This document shows, in pieces, positions 51,259 to 60,952 of a stretch of DNA of 64,000 nucleotides (position 1 is its first letter; each line of letters starts with the position of its first letter). The stretch is from contig DAOULA010000058.1 in NCBI GenBank assembly GCA_034420735.1, positions 13,154 to 77,153 of the forward strand, written 5' to 3'. Origin of the DNA: Dehalococcoidia bacterium. GTDB lineage: Bacteria; Chloroflexota; Dehalococcoidia; Lucifugimonadales; CAJWER01. A program made the translations under genes and the position numbers. Below the pieces are notes generated by a model. That model made no database searches. It saw only the letters and a program-made list of their open reading frames with translations, and was not told where the DNA came from.

Positions 51259-51892
51259 CCGTTTGAAGCTAATACTCCTGGGACCGCCCGGCGCCGGGAA
51301 GGGCACCCAGGCCGCAATGCTCGCAGAGGATATGAGTGTTCCCAGGGTCTCCTCCGGCGACCTGTTTCGGGACCATCAGAGTCGCGATACCGAGTTGGGA
51401 CGCCTCGCCAAGTCCTACATGGAGCGAGGGGTTTACGTCCCGGACGACGTGACGATTGCAATGGTGATGGACTGGATAGACGGCCAGGACGGCCGGGGAG
51501 GTTACCTCCTCGACGGCTTTCCGAGGACCCTCGCCCAGGCGGAGGCTCTCGACGAGGCCGTGAAGGACAAGGGAGGGATCGACGTAGCGCTGAACATAAC
51601 GGTCGGTACGGACGAGCTGGTGAGCCGGCTGTCCACCAGGCTCATCTGCCGCGGCTGCCAGGCCCCGTACAGCCGTGACTCCGTCGAAGGCGAATCCTGC
51701 GAGACGTGCGGGGGAGAGTTGTACCAGCGAGAGGACGACAGGCCCGAAGCCATCACCAAGAGGCTGGAGACGTACTTCGGGGAGACCGAGCCGCTTGTCG
51801 ACTACTACCGCAGGGCGGGCGTCCTGCGCGAGGTAGACGGCGAGGGAACGGTCGAAGAGGTTAGAAAGGCCATCGGGGCGGTCTTGGGCTGA
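51239..51892 (+). CDS. adk: adenylate kinase (zinc-lid type)
   Basis: It has the P-loop GPPGAGKGTQ and lid Cys motifs CRGC...CETCGG. The TTG at 51263 is an alternative start. Confidence 0.95.
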   Translation: MKASSGSRLKLILLGPPGAGKGTQAAMLAEDMSVPRVSSGDLFRDHQSRDTELGRLAKSYMERGVYVPDDVTIAMVMDWIDGQDGRGGYLLDGFPRTLAQAEALDEAVKDKGGIDVALNITVGTDELVSRLSTRLICRGCQAPYSRDSVEGESCETCGGELYQREDDRPEAITKRLETYFGETEPLVDYYRRAGVLREVDGEGTVEEVRKAIGAVLG

Positions 51893-51944
51893 GCCCCGGC
51901 AACAGGGAGACCAGGCAATCAATCGTACGGCTTCCATAGGCGGC

Positions 51945-52697
51945 GTGAGGGCTTCCGGAGTGACGATCAAGTCTGCCTCGGAGCTGGATTGCATGCGCAG
52001 GGCCGGGGTGGTCGTGCGCAGTGCGAAGAGGAAGATGCGTGAGGAGATACGACCAGGCGTGACCACGGCCGAGCTCGACAGTGTGGCGGAGCGAGAGATC
52101 AGGGCGCTCGGGGCGGTGCCGTCCTTCAAGGGACTGTACGGCTTTCCTGCGACCATCTGCGCGTCCCTGAACGACGAGATCGTGCACGGCATCCCCTCGG
52201 ACCGGGTGATCAGGGATGGGGACATCGTGAGCATAGACGTGGGCGCGGTGGTGGACGGGTTCCACGCCGACAGCGCCTTCACGGTTGCGGTGGGCAGGGT
52301 AAGCAAGCGCACGCAGGACCTGGTCGACGACACGGCCGAGTCCCTGCAGCGCGGGATCGCCCAGGTGAAGGCGGGCGCGCGCGTCGGAGACGTCTCATCG
52401 GCAGTGCAACGATACGCAGAGGCCAGGGGGTATGGAGTAGTACGGCAGTACGTTGGGCATGGCATCGGCAGGGCCCTGCACGAGGACCCGCCGGTCCCGA
52501 ACCACGGCCCGCCGGGCAAGGGCCCGCTCCTGAGAGTAGGCATGACCATCGCTATTGAACCGATGCTGAATCTGGGCTCATGGGAGACCGAGGTGCTGGA
52601 CGACGATTGGACCGTGGTCACAGCCGACGGCGAGCTGTCGGCCCACTTCGAACACACGGTAGCAATAACGGGTCAGGGCGCCGAGGTGCTAACCTAG
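51945..52697 (+). CDS. map: type I methionine aminopeptidase
   Basis: Metal-ligand segments [25 protein letters not shown] and IEP are present. Confidence 0.95.
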   Translation: MRASGVTIKSASELDCMRRAGVVVRSAKRKMREEIRPGVTTAELDSVAEREIRALGAVPSFKGLYGFPATICASLNDEIVHGIPSDRVIRDGDIVSIDVGAVVDGFHADSAFTVAVGRVSKRTQDLVDDTAESLQRGIAQVKAGARVGDVSSAVQRYAEARGYGVVRQYVGHGIGRALHEDPPVPNHGPPGKGPLLRVGMTIAIEPMLNLGSWETEVLDDDWTVVTADGELSAHFEHTVAITGQGAEVLT

Positions 52698-52708
52698 AGG
52701 GAGAAGAC

Positions 52709-52966
52709 TTGCCCAAATCAGAGGCAATAGAGGTCGAAGGCGTCGTCTCGGAGTCGCTGAGAGACGCAACGTTCAGGGTCGAGCTGGCGAACGGCCACGA
52801 GGTCATGGCAAAGATCTCCGGCAGGCTCCGTGTCAACTACATACGGGTGCTGCCTGGAGACAGGGTCCTCGTGGAGCTGTCGCCGTACGACCTCTCCCGA
52901 GGCAGGATTACATACAGGTTCTCGACGGGCGGCCCCAGGCGCACCGGCGGGTCCAGGAGGCGGTGA
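52709..52966 (+). CDS. infA: translation initiation factor IF-1 with a short basic C-terminal tail
   Basis: The TTG at 52709 follows GGGAGAAG. It has an S1-like core ([47 protein letters not shown]...GRITYRF) followed by [14 protein letters not shown]. Confidence 0.9.
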   Translation: MPKSEAIEVEGVVSESLRDATFRVELANGHEVMAKISGRLRVNYIRVLPGDRVLVELSPYDLSRGRITYRFSTGGPRRTGGSRRR

Positions 52967-52968
52967 CC

Positions 52969-53082
52969 ATGAAGGTATCGGCTTCGGTAAAGAAACGATG
53001 TGCGAAGTGCAGGGTGATCAGGCGGCGGGGCCGCGTGATGATCATCTGCGACAACTTGCGGCACAAGCAGCGACAGGGCTGA
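52969..53082 (+). CDS. rpmJ: 50S ribosomal protein L36 (zinc form)
   Basis: This ORF is not in the track because it is under 60 aa. The ATG at 52969 gives [37 protein letters not shown], ending at the TGA at 53080-53082. Confidence 0.93.
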   Translation: MKVSASVKKRCAKCRVIRRRGRVMIICDNLRHKQRQG

Positions 53083-53104
53083 GCGGAGACCCAGGAGGAC
53101 ACTT

Positions 53105-53488
53105 ATGGCTATCGTCTCGGGAGTCAACATCCCCGACGACAAGCGCGTAGAGATCTCTCTGCGGCGCATATACGGCATTGGCCCGGCCCAGGCCAAGGAC
53201 GTGGTCGACAAGGCCGGCATCGTCGGCAATCCCCACGTCCGCGACCTGACCGAGTCGGACCTCACCCGCATCAGGGAGATAGTCGACCGTGAAAAGAAGG
53301 TCGAGGGTGACCTGCGGCGCGAAGTCAACATGAACATACGGCGCCTGATCGACATAGGCAGCTACAGGGGCTTCCGGCACCGCAGGGGGCTCCCCGTGAG
53401 GGGCCAGCGCACCCGCACCAACGCCCGGGCCAAGCGCCCGAAGCGCGTCCCCGTAGCAGGACGGCGCCACACCACGACCAGGACGTAG
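53105..53488 (+). CDS. rpsM: 30S ribosomal protein S13
   Basis: [24 protein letters not shown]... Confidence 0.97.
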   Translation: MAIVSGVNIPDDKRVEISLRRIYGIGPAQAKDVVDKAGIVGNPHVRDLTESDLTRIREIVDREKKVEGDLRREVNMNIRRLIDIGSYRGFRHRRGLPVRGQRTRTNARAKRPKRVPVAGRRHTTTRT

Positions 53489-53500
53489 GAGAACAGCGAT

Positions 53501-53887
53501 ATGCCAAGGAAACCGCGTACGAGACGTCGGGTACGGAAGAACGTGCCGGTGGGGCGGGCGTATATTCAGTCCACCTTCAACAACACCGTCATTACACTCA
53601 CCGACCCGCAGGGGAACCCCATAGCCTGGGGAAGCGCCGGCACTGCCGGATTCATAGGTTCGCGAAAGTCCACCGCATTCGCCGCTCAGCGGGCCGCCGA
53701 GAATGCGGCCAGGAGGGGACTCGAACAGGGTCTCCGCCAGGTGGACGCCTTCGTGCGTGGGCCGGGCGCAGGCCGCGAGGCCGCCATTAGGACGCTGCAG
53801 TCGGCCGGCATGAGAGTCACAAGCATACGAGACGTTACCCCGGTGCCGCACAACGGGTGCAGGCCCCGCAAGCGTCGAAGGGTATAA
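53501..53887 (+). CDS. rpsK: 30S ribosomal protein S11
   Basis: [20 protein letters not shown]... and [18 protein letters not shown]. Confidence 0.97.
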   Translation: MPRKPRTRRRVRKNVPVGRAYIQSTFNNTVITLTDPQGNPIAWGSAGTAGFIGSRKSTAFAAQRAAENAARRGLEQGLRQVDAFVRGPGAGREAAIRTLQSAGMRVTSIRDVTPVPHNGCRPRKRRRV

Positions 53888-53932
53888 CCGAGGGTACTGG
53901 GCAACACCAGGGAAGGACCAGCGAGACCAAGA

Positions 53933-54562
53933 ATGGCAAGATACACAGACCCAGTCTGCCGGCAGTGCCGGCGAATAGGCGAAAAGCTATTCCTGAAGGG
54001 CGACCGGTGCTACTCGCCGAAGTGCGCCGTGGAGCGCCGCAAGCGCCCCCCCGGAGAGCAGGTGCCGCGGCGCAGGCGTGCCTCGGAGTGGGCGATTCAG
54101 CTCAAGGAAAAGCAGAAGGCGCGCTTCACCTACGGGGTGCTCGAGCGCCAGTTCAGGGGCTACTACGATGTCGCCCGCGAACAGACCGGCGCAACGGGCG
54201 ACCTCATCCTGCAGATGCTGGAGAGCCGCTTGGACAACGTCATATACAGGCTTTCGTTCGTGGACTCGCGCCGGCAGGCGAGACAGCTGGTGAACCACGG
54301 CCACTTCACCGTCAACGGCAGGAGGATGGACGTACCCTCATACAGGGTGAAGCCCGGGGACAACATCGCCTGGAAGGCCGTGAACGACTCGAAGCCGCGC
54401 TTCATCGAGGCCCTGACCGAGGACATCCCCAAGCGTCCGGTGCCCACCTGGCTGCGACTCGACCCGGCTGCCTTGACGGCGGAGGTCGTCGACCTGCCGG
54501 TGGTGACTGAGATCGACACCGGGATCGACTCGCGCCTCATAGTTGAGTTCTACTCTAGATAG
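53933..54562 (+). CDS. rpsD: 30S ribosomal protein S4
   Basis: MARYTDPVCRQCRRIGEKLFLKGDRC... and an S4 RNA-binding domain. Confidence 0.97.
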   Translation: MARYTDPVCRQCRRIGEKLFLKGDRCYSPKCAVERRKRPPGEQVPRRRRASEWAIQLKEKQKARFTYGVLERQFRGYYDVAREQTGATGDLILQMLESRLDNVIYRLSFVDSRRQARQLVNHGHFTVNGRRMDVPSYRVKPGDNIAWKAVNDSKPRFIEALTEDIPKRPVPTWLRLDPAALTAEVVDLPVVTEIDTGIDSRLIVEFYSR

Positions 54563-54623
54563 CTTGGGAGCATTGCCTCCCTGTGAGGGGGCTCCCAACG
54601 AGCCGATAGGAGATTTCCACCAT

Positions 54624-55766
54624 ATGCTCAACTTCCAAACGTTCGCGCCGGATGATGTCCCCGAAGAAGGGGCTGAGATTCTGCTGGACCCGACCATAGA
54701 GGTCGAGGAAGCGGACGAACAGTATGGCAAGTTCGTGGCCGGCCCCCTTCCCAAGGGCTACGGGATGACATTGGGGAACCCGCTCAGGCGCGTCCTTTAC
54801 AGCTCCCTGCCAGGGACCGCAGTGACCTCGGTCAAGATCGAGGGCGTGCTCCACGAGTACGCCACCATCCCGCACGTCAAGGAAGAGGTCTCGGAGATAC
54901 TGCTCAACATCAAGGGCATCCGTCTCAGGTCCGAGGTGGACAGGCCCGGCAAGCTCCGGCTCGAGGTCGCGGGTAGAGGCGAGATATGCGCCGGCGACAT
55001 CATGGCCTCGTCCGACTATGAGGTCGTGAACCCCGATCTGCACATCGCCACCCTGGACTCCGACCAGGCCAAGCTCTCCGTGGAATTCAACGTGGAGCGA
55101 GGCACCTCGTACCAGGAAGCGGAGGGCGAAGGCCTCCCCATCGGCGTGCTGCCGGTGGACGCGATCTACGGCCCGGTGCGCAAGGTACGGTACCACACCA
55201 CCGAGAACATCAGGGTGGGCCAGAGGACTGACCTGGAGCGCCTGACGATAGAGGTGTGGACCGACGGCTCCATCTCCCCCATCAGGGCGCTCCAGCAGGC
55301 CGGCAACGAGCTGGTCACGAGGTTCTTCCTCTTCGCCAATGCCGAGCGCGTGGTCGATGGGGACGGCACCCAGCCCGTTGCACTACAGATCTCTCCGGAA
55401 ATGTATAGCGTGCCTGTCGAGCAGCTGGAGCTGTCGTCCCGGACCTTGAACTGCCTCAAGCGGGCGGGCCTTGACCAGGTTGGACATATACTGGAGATGA
55501 AGCCGGATGACCTCCTGGAGATCAGGAACTTCGGCGAGAAGTCACTGCGCGAGCTCTACGACAAGCTGCGGGAGTCGGACCTGCTTCCGCCCGCACTGGA
55601 CCCTGAGCTCTCAAGCAAGGACGATGACGACGAGCCCGAGGAAGAGGCCGTGGAGGCCGCTGCGGAGCCGGAGGAGAAGCCCGAGGACAAGGACGATGAC
55701 GATGGCGACGGCGCGTCGGGCGTGGATGCAATCTTCTCCCAGATCGAAGGACTTGGTGACAAATAA
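54624..55766 (+). CDS. rpoA: DNA-directed RNA polymerase subunit alpha with an acidic C-terminal tail
   Basis: It has the [17 protein letters not shown] motif. The ATG at 54624 follows AGGAGA, whereas the track ORF start at 54543 would overlap rpsD. Confidence 0.93.
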   Translation: MLNFQTFAPDDVPEEGAEILLDPTIEVEEADEQYGKFVAGPLPKGYGMTLGNPLRRVLYSSLPGTAVTSVKIEGVLHEYATIPHVKEEVSEILLNIKGIRLRSEVDRPGKLRLEVAGRGEICAGDIMASSDYEVVNPDLHIATLDSDQAKLSVEFNVERGTSYQEAEGEGLPIGVLPVDAIYGPVRKVRYHTTENIRVGQRTDLERLTIEVWTDGSISPIRALQQAGNELVTRFFLFANAERVVDGDGTQPVALQISPEMYSVPVEQLELSSRTLNCLKRAGLDQVGHILEMKPDDLLEIRNFGEKSLRELYDKLRESDLLPPALDPELSSKDDDDEPEEEAVEAAAEPEEKPEDKDDDDGDGASGVDAIFSQIEGLGDK

Positions 55767-56119
55767 TGAGACACAGGCTGTCAGGTAGAAAGCTGGGGCG
55801 GCCAACCGCGCACCGCATGTCGATGCTGCGGACGGCAGTGACGGACCTTCTCAGGTACGAGTCCGTCAAGACCACGGAGCCCAAGGCCAAGGAGATAAGG
55901 CGCCTCGCCGAGAAGACCATCACGCGGGGCAAGAAAGGCGACCTGCACAATAGGCGGATGGCCGCCGCTTTCCTGACCGACGAAAGCGTAGTCCGCAAGC
56001 TCTTCGATGAGCTGGGACCGCGCTACGAGGAGAGGAACGGCGGGTACACGCGAATAGTCAAGCTGGGCATGCGCAAGGGCGACGCGGCCGAAATGGCCCT
56101 GATAGAGCTGGTGTCCTAG
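55766..56119 (+). CDS. rplQ: 50S ribosomal protein L17
   Basis: [17 protein letters not shown]... Confidence 0.97.
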   Translation: MRHRLSGRKLGRPTAHRMSMLRTAVTDLLRYESVKTTEPKAKEIRRLAEKTITRGKKGDLHNRRMAAAFLTDESVVRKLFDELGPRYEERNGGYTRIVKLGMRKGDAAEMALIELVS

Positions 56120-56127
56120 CTTCGAGT

Positions 56128-56163
56128 CCCTTCCCCCCGATGGGGAAGGGCAGGATGGGGGCT
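56128..56163 (+). repeat. hairpin repeat, family C (also a terminator/attenuator candidate between rplQ and truA)
   Basis: 9-bp stem CCCTTCCCC/GGGGAAGGG (56128-56150) followed by caggatgggggct. A related copy lies at 57382-57414. Confidence 0.6.
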
Positions 56164-56164
56164 G

Positions 56165-56932
56165 ATGAGGCTCGCTCTCGTCGTAGAGTACGACGGCACC
56201 GCCTACAGCGGCTTCCAGTATCAGCCCAACGCACCGTCGATTCAGGAGGAGCTGGAAAAGGCAGTAGAGAAGCTGACAAGAGAAAAGGTGAGGGTAGCCG
56301 GCGCCGGCAGGACGGATGCCGGAGTCCATGCCGCCGGGCAGGTCGTTGCTTTCGACACCTCGGCCCCCTACGGGCCCGACCGGTTCGTGGGAGCGCTGAA
56401 TCACCACCTGCCTGACGACATCGCCGTCAAACAGGGATACGAGGTCGGCAGCGCATTCGACCCGCGCCGGATGGCAGTGAGCCGCAGATATGTGTACACC
56501 ATCCTGCGAGCGACCGTACGCTCACCCCTCCACAGGCGCCACACCCACCGGATCTCGTCAGGGCTGAACGTAGAGGAGATGCGAGCGGCCGCAGGAATGT
56601 TTGTGGGCGTTCACGACTTCCGGAGATTCAGCGGCCCGCTCGAAGTCCCCGGGGCCAGCACCGTCAGGGAGATCTTCGATGCAGAGGTCCGCGAGTCGGG
56701 CGACAGGATCGAAATACAGGTAGAGGGAAACGCCTTCCTGCCCCACCAGGTAAGGCGCATGGCCGGGGCCCTCGTCGATGTTGGGCTGGGCCGGCTGTCG
56801 AGGGACGATTTGGAGAAGATGATCGCAGGCGAAGAGACCAAGGCCACGGCCCGCAGCCTTCCGGCCAGGGGACTGTGCCTAGCAGAAATAAAGTACGCCG
56901 GGTTCCCGCCCGGCCCGGTGAAAGAGCAATGA
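56165..56932 (+). CDS. truA: tRNA pseudouridine(38-40) synthase
   Basis: [20 protein letters not shown]... and GRTDAGVHA containing the catalytic Asp. Confidence 0.95.
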   Translation: MRLALVVEYDGTAYSGFQYQPNAPSIQEELEKAVEKLTREKVRVAGAGRTDAGVHAAGQVVAFDTSAPYGPDRFVGALNHHLPDDIAVKQGYEVGSAFDPRRMAVSRRYVYTILRATVRSPLHRRHTHRISSGLNVEEMRAAAGMFVGVHDFRRFSGPLEVPGASTVREIFDAEVRESGDRIEIQVEGNAFLPHQVRRMAGALVDVGLGRLSRDDLEKMIAGEETKATARSLPARGLCLAEIKYAGFPPGPVKEQ

Positions 56933-57405
56933 CAACGAATACGAAGACAAAGAAGAGACCGGCCGACGTGGCAGCGTGGCATGTCGTGGATGCCGCCGAC
57001 AAGACGCTGGGCCGCCTGGCCAGCGAAATCGCCGTGCTGCTCCAGGGCAAGCACAACCCGACCTACGTGACCTACCTGAACACGGGCGACTTCGTGGTCG
57101 TGATCAACGCCGAGAAGATCAGCGTCACCGGTAAGAAGCTCGAACAGAAGAAGTACTACCGGCACAGCGGCTACCACGGCGGCCTGACGGAGCAGACGCT
57201 GTCGACCGTGCTGGACAAGCACCCCACGCGGGTCGTGAAGGGCGCGGTCAAGGGTATGCTCCCCAAGAACACCCTTGGCAGGCGCATGCTGTCCCGGCTG
57301 AAGGTCTACGCAGGCGGCGAACACCCCCACGAGGCGCAGATCAGGGCCCACGAAAAACGGGCCGCCAAAGCCGCGCCGGCCTCTTCCCCCGAGGGGGAAG
57401 ACTGA
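56929..57405 (+). CDS. rplM: 50S ribosomal protein L13
   Basis: The ATG at 56929 overlaps the truA stop (ATGA). It reads [30 protein letters not shown]... The track ORF starts upstream at 56875. Confidence 0.96.
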   Translation: MTTNTKTKKRPADVAAWHVVDAADKTLGRLASEIAVLLQGKHNPTYVTYLNTGDFVVVINAEKISVTGKKLEQKKYYRHSGYHGGLTEQTLSTVLDKHPTRVVKGAVKGMLPKNTLGRRMLSRLKVYAGGEHPHEAQIRAHEKRAAKAAPASSPEGED

Positions 57406-57414
57406 GATGGGGGC
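57382..57414 (+). repeat. hairpin repeat, family C, overlapping the last codons of rplM
   Basis: tcttccccc-gag-ggggaaga followed by ctgagatgggggct. It shares the stem type and the 10-nt gatgggggct with the copy at 56128. Confidence 0.6.
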
Positions 57415-57481
57415 TCTCGGCCTGAGTGTTAGAGTTGTTGATGTCCCCCAAGGCGCCGCTGAATACTAGGAGGAAGCCCAG

Positions 57482-57877
57482 TTGACCCAGGAACACTACT
57501 ACTACGGTACCGGTCGCAGGAAGTCGTCGGTGGCCCGCGTAAGGCTCTACTCCGAGCGCGGCGCAATGATCGTGAACGGCAAGCCCATGGAGGAGCTATT
57601 CACCTGGAAGTCCTGGCAGGACGAGGTGATGGAGCCCTTCCGCGTCACCAACACGTCGGGCCAGTTCAGGATCGTCGCGAAGGTCTCCGGCGGCGGCGTT
57701 GTGGGCCAGGCCGGTGCGATGCGCCACGGCATCTCGCGCGCTCTCCTGGAGGCGGACCCGAACCTGCGCCCAGTCCTCAAGAAGGCCGGGCTGCTGACCC
57801 GCGACGCACGCGAAAAAGAGAGCAAGAAGTACGGCCTCAAGCGCGCCCGCAAAGCCGAGCAGTGGACCAAGCGCTAG
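57482..57877 (+). CDS. rpsI: 30S ribosomal protein S9
   Basis: TTG start. It reads YYGTGRRKSSVARVRL... and ends KYGLKRARKAEQWTKR. Confidence 0.97.
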   Translation: MTQEHYYYGTGRRKSSVARVRLYSERGAMIVNGKPMEELFTWKSWQDEVMEPFRVTNTSGQFRIVAKVSGGGVVGQAGAMRHGISRALLEADPNLRPVLKKAGLLTRDAREKESKKYGLKRARKAEQWTKR

Positions 57878-57961
57878 CCGTCTGAGAGACTACCTCAAAG
57901 CGCCTCCGGCGAGTCCTTTGACTAGGCCAGACCCTGGAATGGCAGTGATGGCAGGGTAACC

Positions 57962-58003
57962 GTTCGCCCTGAGCTTGTCGAAGGGTAGTGCTCCGCCAGT
58001 CCA
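57962..58003 (+). repeat. dispersed REP-like repeat, family A
   Basis: gttcgccctgagcttgtcgaagggtagtgctccgccagtcca matches 41 of 42 nt of the copy at 58424-58465. Confidence 0.85.
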
Positions 58004-58069
58004 GGTTGCTCGGGGGTGCAACTAAGCGGGGCCCCTGCTACCAGGAGCTAGCGCCTGTGGCCGTGAGCG

Positions 58070-58372
58070 TCAGTACGTCCCACTAAGCGTAGAGGCCGGC
58101 TGGATCCCCGCCACGAGCTCGCGCCTCTCGCCCGCTATCCTGCGGAAGTCGCACTCGACCTGCAGCCCGTGCCAGAACTCGTCCGACTGGCCGAAGAAGG
58201 CCCCGAACCTGATCGACATGGCCGGGGTGATCGAACGCTTGCCGTGGACGATCTCGTTGACGGCTCGCGGGGACACCCCGATCGCGCGAGCCATCGCATT
58301 CTGAGAAATACCCATCGGCCTAAGGTACTCCTCCAGGAGTATCTCGCCCGGCGTAAAGGGATGATCACTCAT
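58070..58372 (-). CDS. higA: HigA-family antitoxin (XRE-type HTH), no adjacent toxin gene
   Basis: The start is taken at [67 protein letters not shown], which fits the HigA addiction-module antidote pattern. The track ORF 58070-58828 is an upstream extension. Confidence 0.8.
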   Translation of the reverse strand: MSDHPFTPGEILLEEYLRPMGISQNAMARAIGVSPRAVNEIVHGKRSITPAMSIRFGAFFGQSDEFWHGLQVECDFRRIAGERRELVAGIQPASTLSGTY

Positions 58373-58423
58373 GGAGTCAGGGTGCCTGTCAGGTCTCATG
58401 GCAGAAGGAAGGCAAGAGAAGAC

Positions 58424-58465
58424 GTTCGCCCTGAGCTTGTCGAAGGGCAGTGCTCCGCCAGTCCA
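58424..58465 (+). repeat. dispersed REP-like repeat, family A
   Basis: gttcgccctgagcttgtcgaagggcagtgctccgccagtcca is a direct repeat of 57962-58003. Confidence 0.85.
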
Positions 58466-58488
58466 TGCGGAGTAGGGATGACCTATCC

Positions 58489-59628
58489 CTAGTACATCCC
58501 GATCTGGTGGTGCTTGCCCTCGGTCTTGATCGACGGCGCAAGGACTATGTCGGCCGAGTGCATGTCGCGGATGTTGAACGCGCCCACCATGCCCATGCAC
58601 ACTTCCAGGGCCCCCACGAGGTTCTGGGTCCCGTCCGGCTTGGACGTCGGGCCGTACAGGATCTCCTTCAGCGTGCCCTCTACGCCAACGTCCACGCGCA
58701 CGCCTCTGGGCAGCGCCGGATGCGGGCTCGCCATGCCCCAGTTGTAGCCCTTGCCGGGCGCCTCCTCCGACTGGGCGAGCGGCGTGCCGATCATCACGGC
58801 GTCCGCGCCGCAGGCGAATGCCTTGCACAGGTCACCGCCCGTGCGTATGCCGCCGTCGGTGATGATGGGCACATAGCGCCCCGTCCGCCTGTGGTACTCG
58901 TCCCTGGCCGCCGAGCACTCTATTGTCGCGGTAACCTGGGGCACGCCCACGCCGGTCACCTCTCGAGTGGTGCAGGCCGCTCCCGGGCCGACGCCGACCA
59001 GCACCCCGTGGATGCCCGTCTCCATCAGCTCCAGCGCGACCTCGAACGTCACGCAGTTCCCGACGATAACCGGGACGTTGACCATCTCCAGCAGGTCTGA
59101 GAAGACGAGCCCGCGCTTGCTCTTCGAGATGTGCCTCGCCGTCGTCACGGTCGACTGGACGACGATGGTGTCGGCTCCGGCCTCCACGGCCGCAGGCGCG
59201 AGCCGCTTCGTGCTTGCCGGGGTAACAGAAACGGCGCACTTGGCGCCGCTGGACTTGATCTCCTCGACCCTGGTCCCGATCAGGTGCTCCTGGATCGGGG
59301 CCGTGTAGACCCTCTGGAGAACGTTGGTGGCCTCCTCCTTGGGCGCCTCCACGATCTCCTCGAGCATCGCGTCGGAGTCCTCGTACCTGGTGTGGACTCC
59401 CTCCAGGTTCATCACCGCCATGCCGCCCAGCTCGTCGAACTTGGCCGCGAAGGACGGGGAGACTATGGCGTCCATCGCGGCGGCCAGGACCGGCATGGAC
59501 ATCGTCATGCCGTCGATGGAGAACTGCGTGTTGGTCTGGTCGGGGTTGATGGTGAACGAGCCGGGAGCGATGGCGACTTCGTCGAATCCGTACGCCCGCC
59601 GGACCTCTTTGAACCTGGGTGCTTCCAT
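58489..59628 (-). CDS. IMP dehydrogenase/GMP reductase family protein without CBS pair (GuaB3-like)
   Basis: 379-aa TIM-barrel of the IMPDH family ([11 protein letters not shown]..., [31 protein letters not shown]). Confidence 0.8.
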   Translation of the reverse strand: MEAPRFKEVRRAYGFDEVAIAPGSFTINPDQTNTQFSIDGMTMSMPVLAAAMDAIVSPSFAAKFDELGGMAVMNLEGVHTRYEDSDAMLEEIVEAPKEEATNVLQRVYTAPIQEHLIGTRVEEIKSSGAKCAVSVTPASTKRLAPAAVEAGADTIVVQSTVTTARHISKSKRGLVFSDLLEMVNVPVIVGNCVTFEVALELMETGIHGVLVGVGPGAACTTREVTGVGVPQVTATIECSAARDEYHRRTGRYVPIITDGGIRTGGDLCKAFACGADAVMIGTPLAQSEEAPGKGYNWGMASPHPALPRGVRVDVGVEGTLKEILYGPTSKPDGTQNLVGALEVCMGMVGAFNIRDMHSADIVLAPSIKTEGKHHQIGMY

Positions 59629-59723
59629 GCGATCCGCCTCCCGGACGTTTCCCGAAATTATAGTGTTTTCGGGCTCAGACGGTCAAGAAACGGCCAGCTT
59701 GGCAGACACATCAGAATGGTCCG

Positions 59724-60047
59724 CTAGACCGTGACAGTCCCGGGAGATTTGGCGGCTATTTCCACCTCGACCATGTCCACGGTTGTCTCGGGAGAGGGCC
59801 CTGCCACGCCCTCATCGGCGAGGAGACCGGTGTGGCATCCCATTGCCTCCTCTGCGGACATTCGGGGCGCCGGCACCGGTTCGCCGTCCTCCATGGTCCT
59901 CTCGATGTGGAAGACGATTGCCTCACGTATCATCTGCTGCATCTCGTCCCAGGTATCGCCCGTACTGATGCAGCCGGGCAGGTCAGGCACATAGGCGCCG
60001 TAGTTGTTTGGCAGCCGCTCGAAGACCACCGCGTAGCTCAACTTCAT
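59724..60047 (-). CDS. hicB: HicB-like (UPF0150) antitoxin-family protein, no adjacent hicA
   Basis: The ATG at 60047 follows GGGAGG and gives MKLSYAVVFERLPNNYGAYVPDLPGCISTGDTWDEMQQMIREAI, typical of the HicB N-domain. The track ORF 59724-60626 is an extension into the ogg antisense. Confidence 0.7.
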   Translation of the reverse strand: MKLSYAVVFERLPNNYGAYVPDLPGCISTGDTWDEMQQMIREAIVFHIERTMEDGEPVPAPRMSAEEAMGCHTGLLADEGVAGPSPETTVDMVEVEIAAKSPGTVTV

Positions 60048-60076
60048 TGGCCCCGCCTCCCTGATTCCCGCCTGTC

Positions 60077-60952
60077 TCATCGCCTGCTCGCCGGGCTGTC
60101 TCGAATTCTGCGGTCGTGGAACAGGTAGTGGTTGGCGTACCCCGCATACTCGCGGAAGTGCTCCATCGCCCACAGGCGCATCCTGGTCCGCGGGATCTTC
60201 GCCCCCTCCAGGTACCACTCGCGCATGGCCTTGTCGATCCACGTGTCGACCGGGAATGCCTCGGGCTTGTCCAGCGAGAAGAGCATCACGCAGTTCGCGA
60301 CCTTGTCCCCCACGCCGTCCAGCGACACCAGCGCCTCGAGCGCCGTCTCGTACGGCGCCTCGCGCAGCGACATCAGGTCCACGTCGCCGCCCGCGACGCT
60401 GCGGGCCGTGGCTTCGATATACTCGGCCCTGTAGCCCAGCCCCAGCTCCCTCATTCGCAGCGCGGCCCCGTCCACCGCAAGTGCCCCAGGCGTCGGGAAG
60501 GCATGCAGGCCGTTCGGGCTCCCTTCGATGGGCGCCCCGAACGACTCGCATATGGACTCGATGTTCCCCATTATCCGCGGGATGTTCGACGCCGACGAGC
60601 ATATGAACGACACCAGGCACTCCCACGGGTCCTGGCGCAGCACCCTCATGCCCCGGTACCGCTCGATGGCGTCCCGCAGCCTGTCATCGAACGACATCGC
60701 CCGGTAGATGCCCTCGATGTCGACATCCAGGTTCAGGTAGTCCCTGAGCCGCGCCGCGAGCTCCCCGTCGCCGTGCTGGGCTGCATCGATCTTCACGCCC
60801 TCAGGCGTCCCGCGGATCCGCACAGCCCGGCCAGACACCACGCCCCTGAACCAGCCGTCCTCGGCCCTCCAGCGAAACGCCTGGCCGCTGAACAGGGTGC
60901 TCTGCAGGTCGAGGGGCCCGTCGTGACGCAGGATCACGGTGCCTGGAGCCAT
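60077..60952 (-). CDS. ogg: HhH-GPD DNA glycosylase, 8-oxoguanine glycosylase (Ogg)-like
   Basis: It has the HhH-GPD motif LVSLDGVGDKVANCVMLF with a catalytic Lys, plus a downstream PVDTW Asp. Confidence 0.8.
   Translation of the reverse strand: MAPGTVILRHDGPLDLQSTLFSGQAFRWRAEDGWFRGVVSGRAVRIRGTPEGVKIDAAQHGDGELAARLRDYLNLDVDIEGIYRAMSFDDRLRDAIERYRGMRVLRQDPWECLVSFICSSASNIPRIMGNIESICESFGAPIEGSPNGLHAFPTPGALAVDGAALRMRELGLGYRAEYIEATARSVAGGDVDLMSLREAPYETALEALVSLDGVGDKVANCVMLFSLDKPEAFPVDTWIDKAMREWYLEGAKIPRTRMRLWAMEHFREYAGYANHYLFHDRRIRDSPASRR

Noticed and set aside
51269-52657. 462-aa minus-strand ORF opposite adk and map
   Set aside because: It is antisense to two genes with diagnostic motifs (the P-loop of Adk and the metal ligands of Map).
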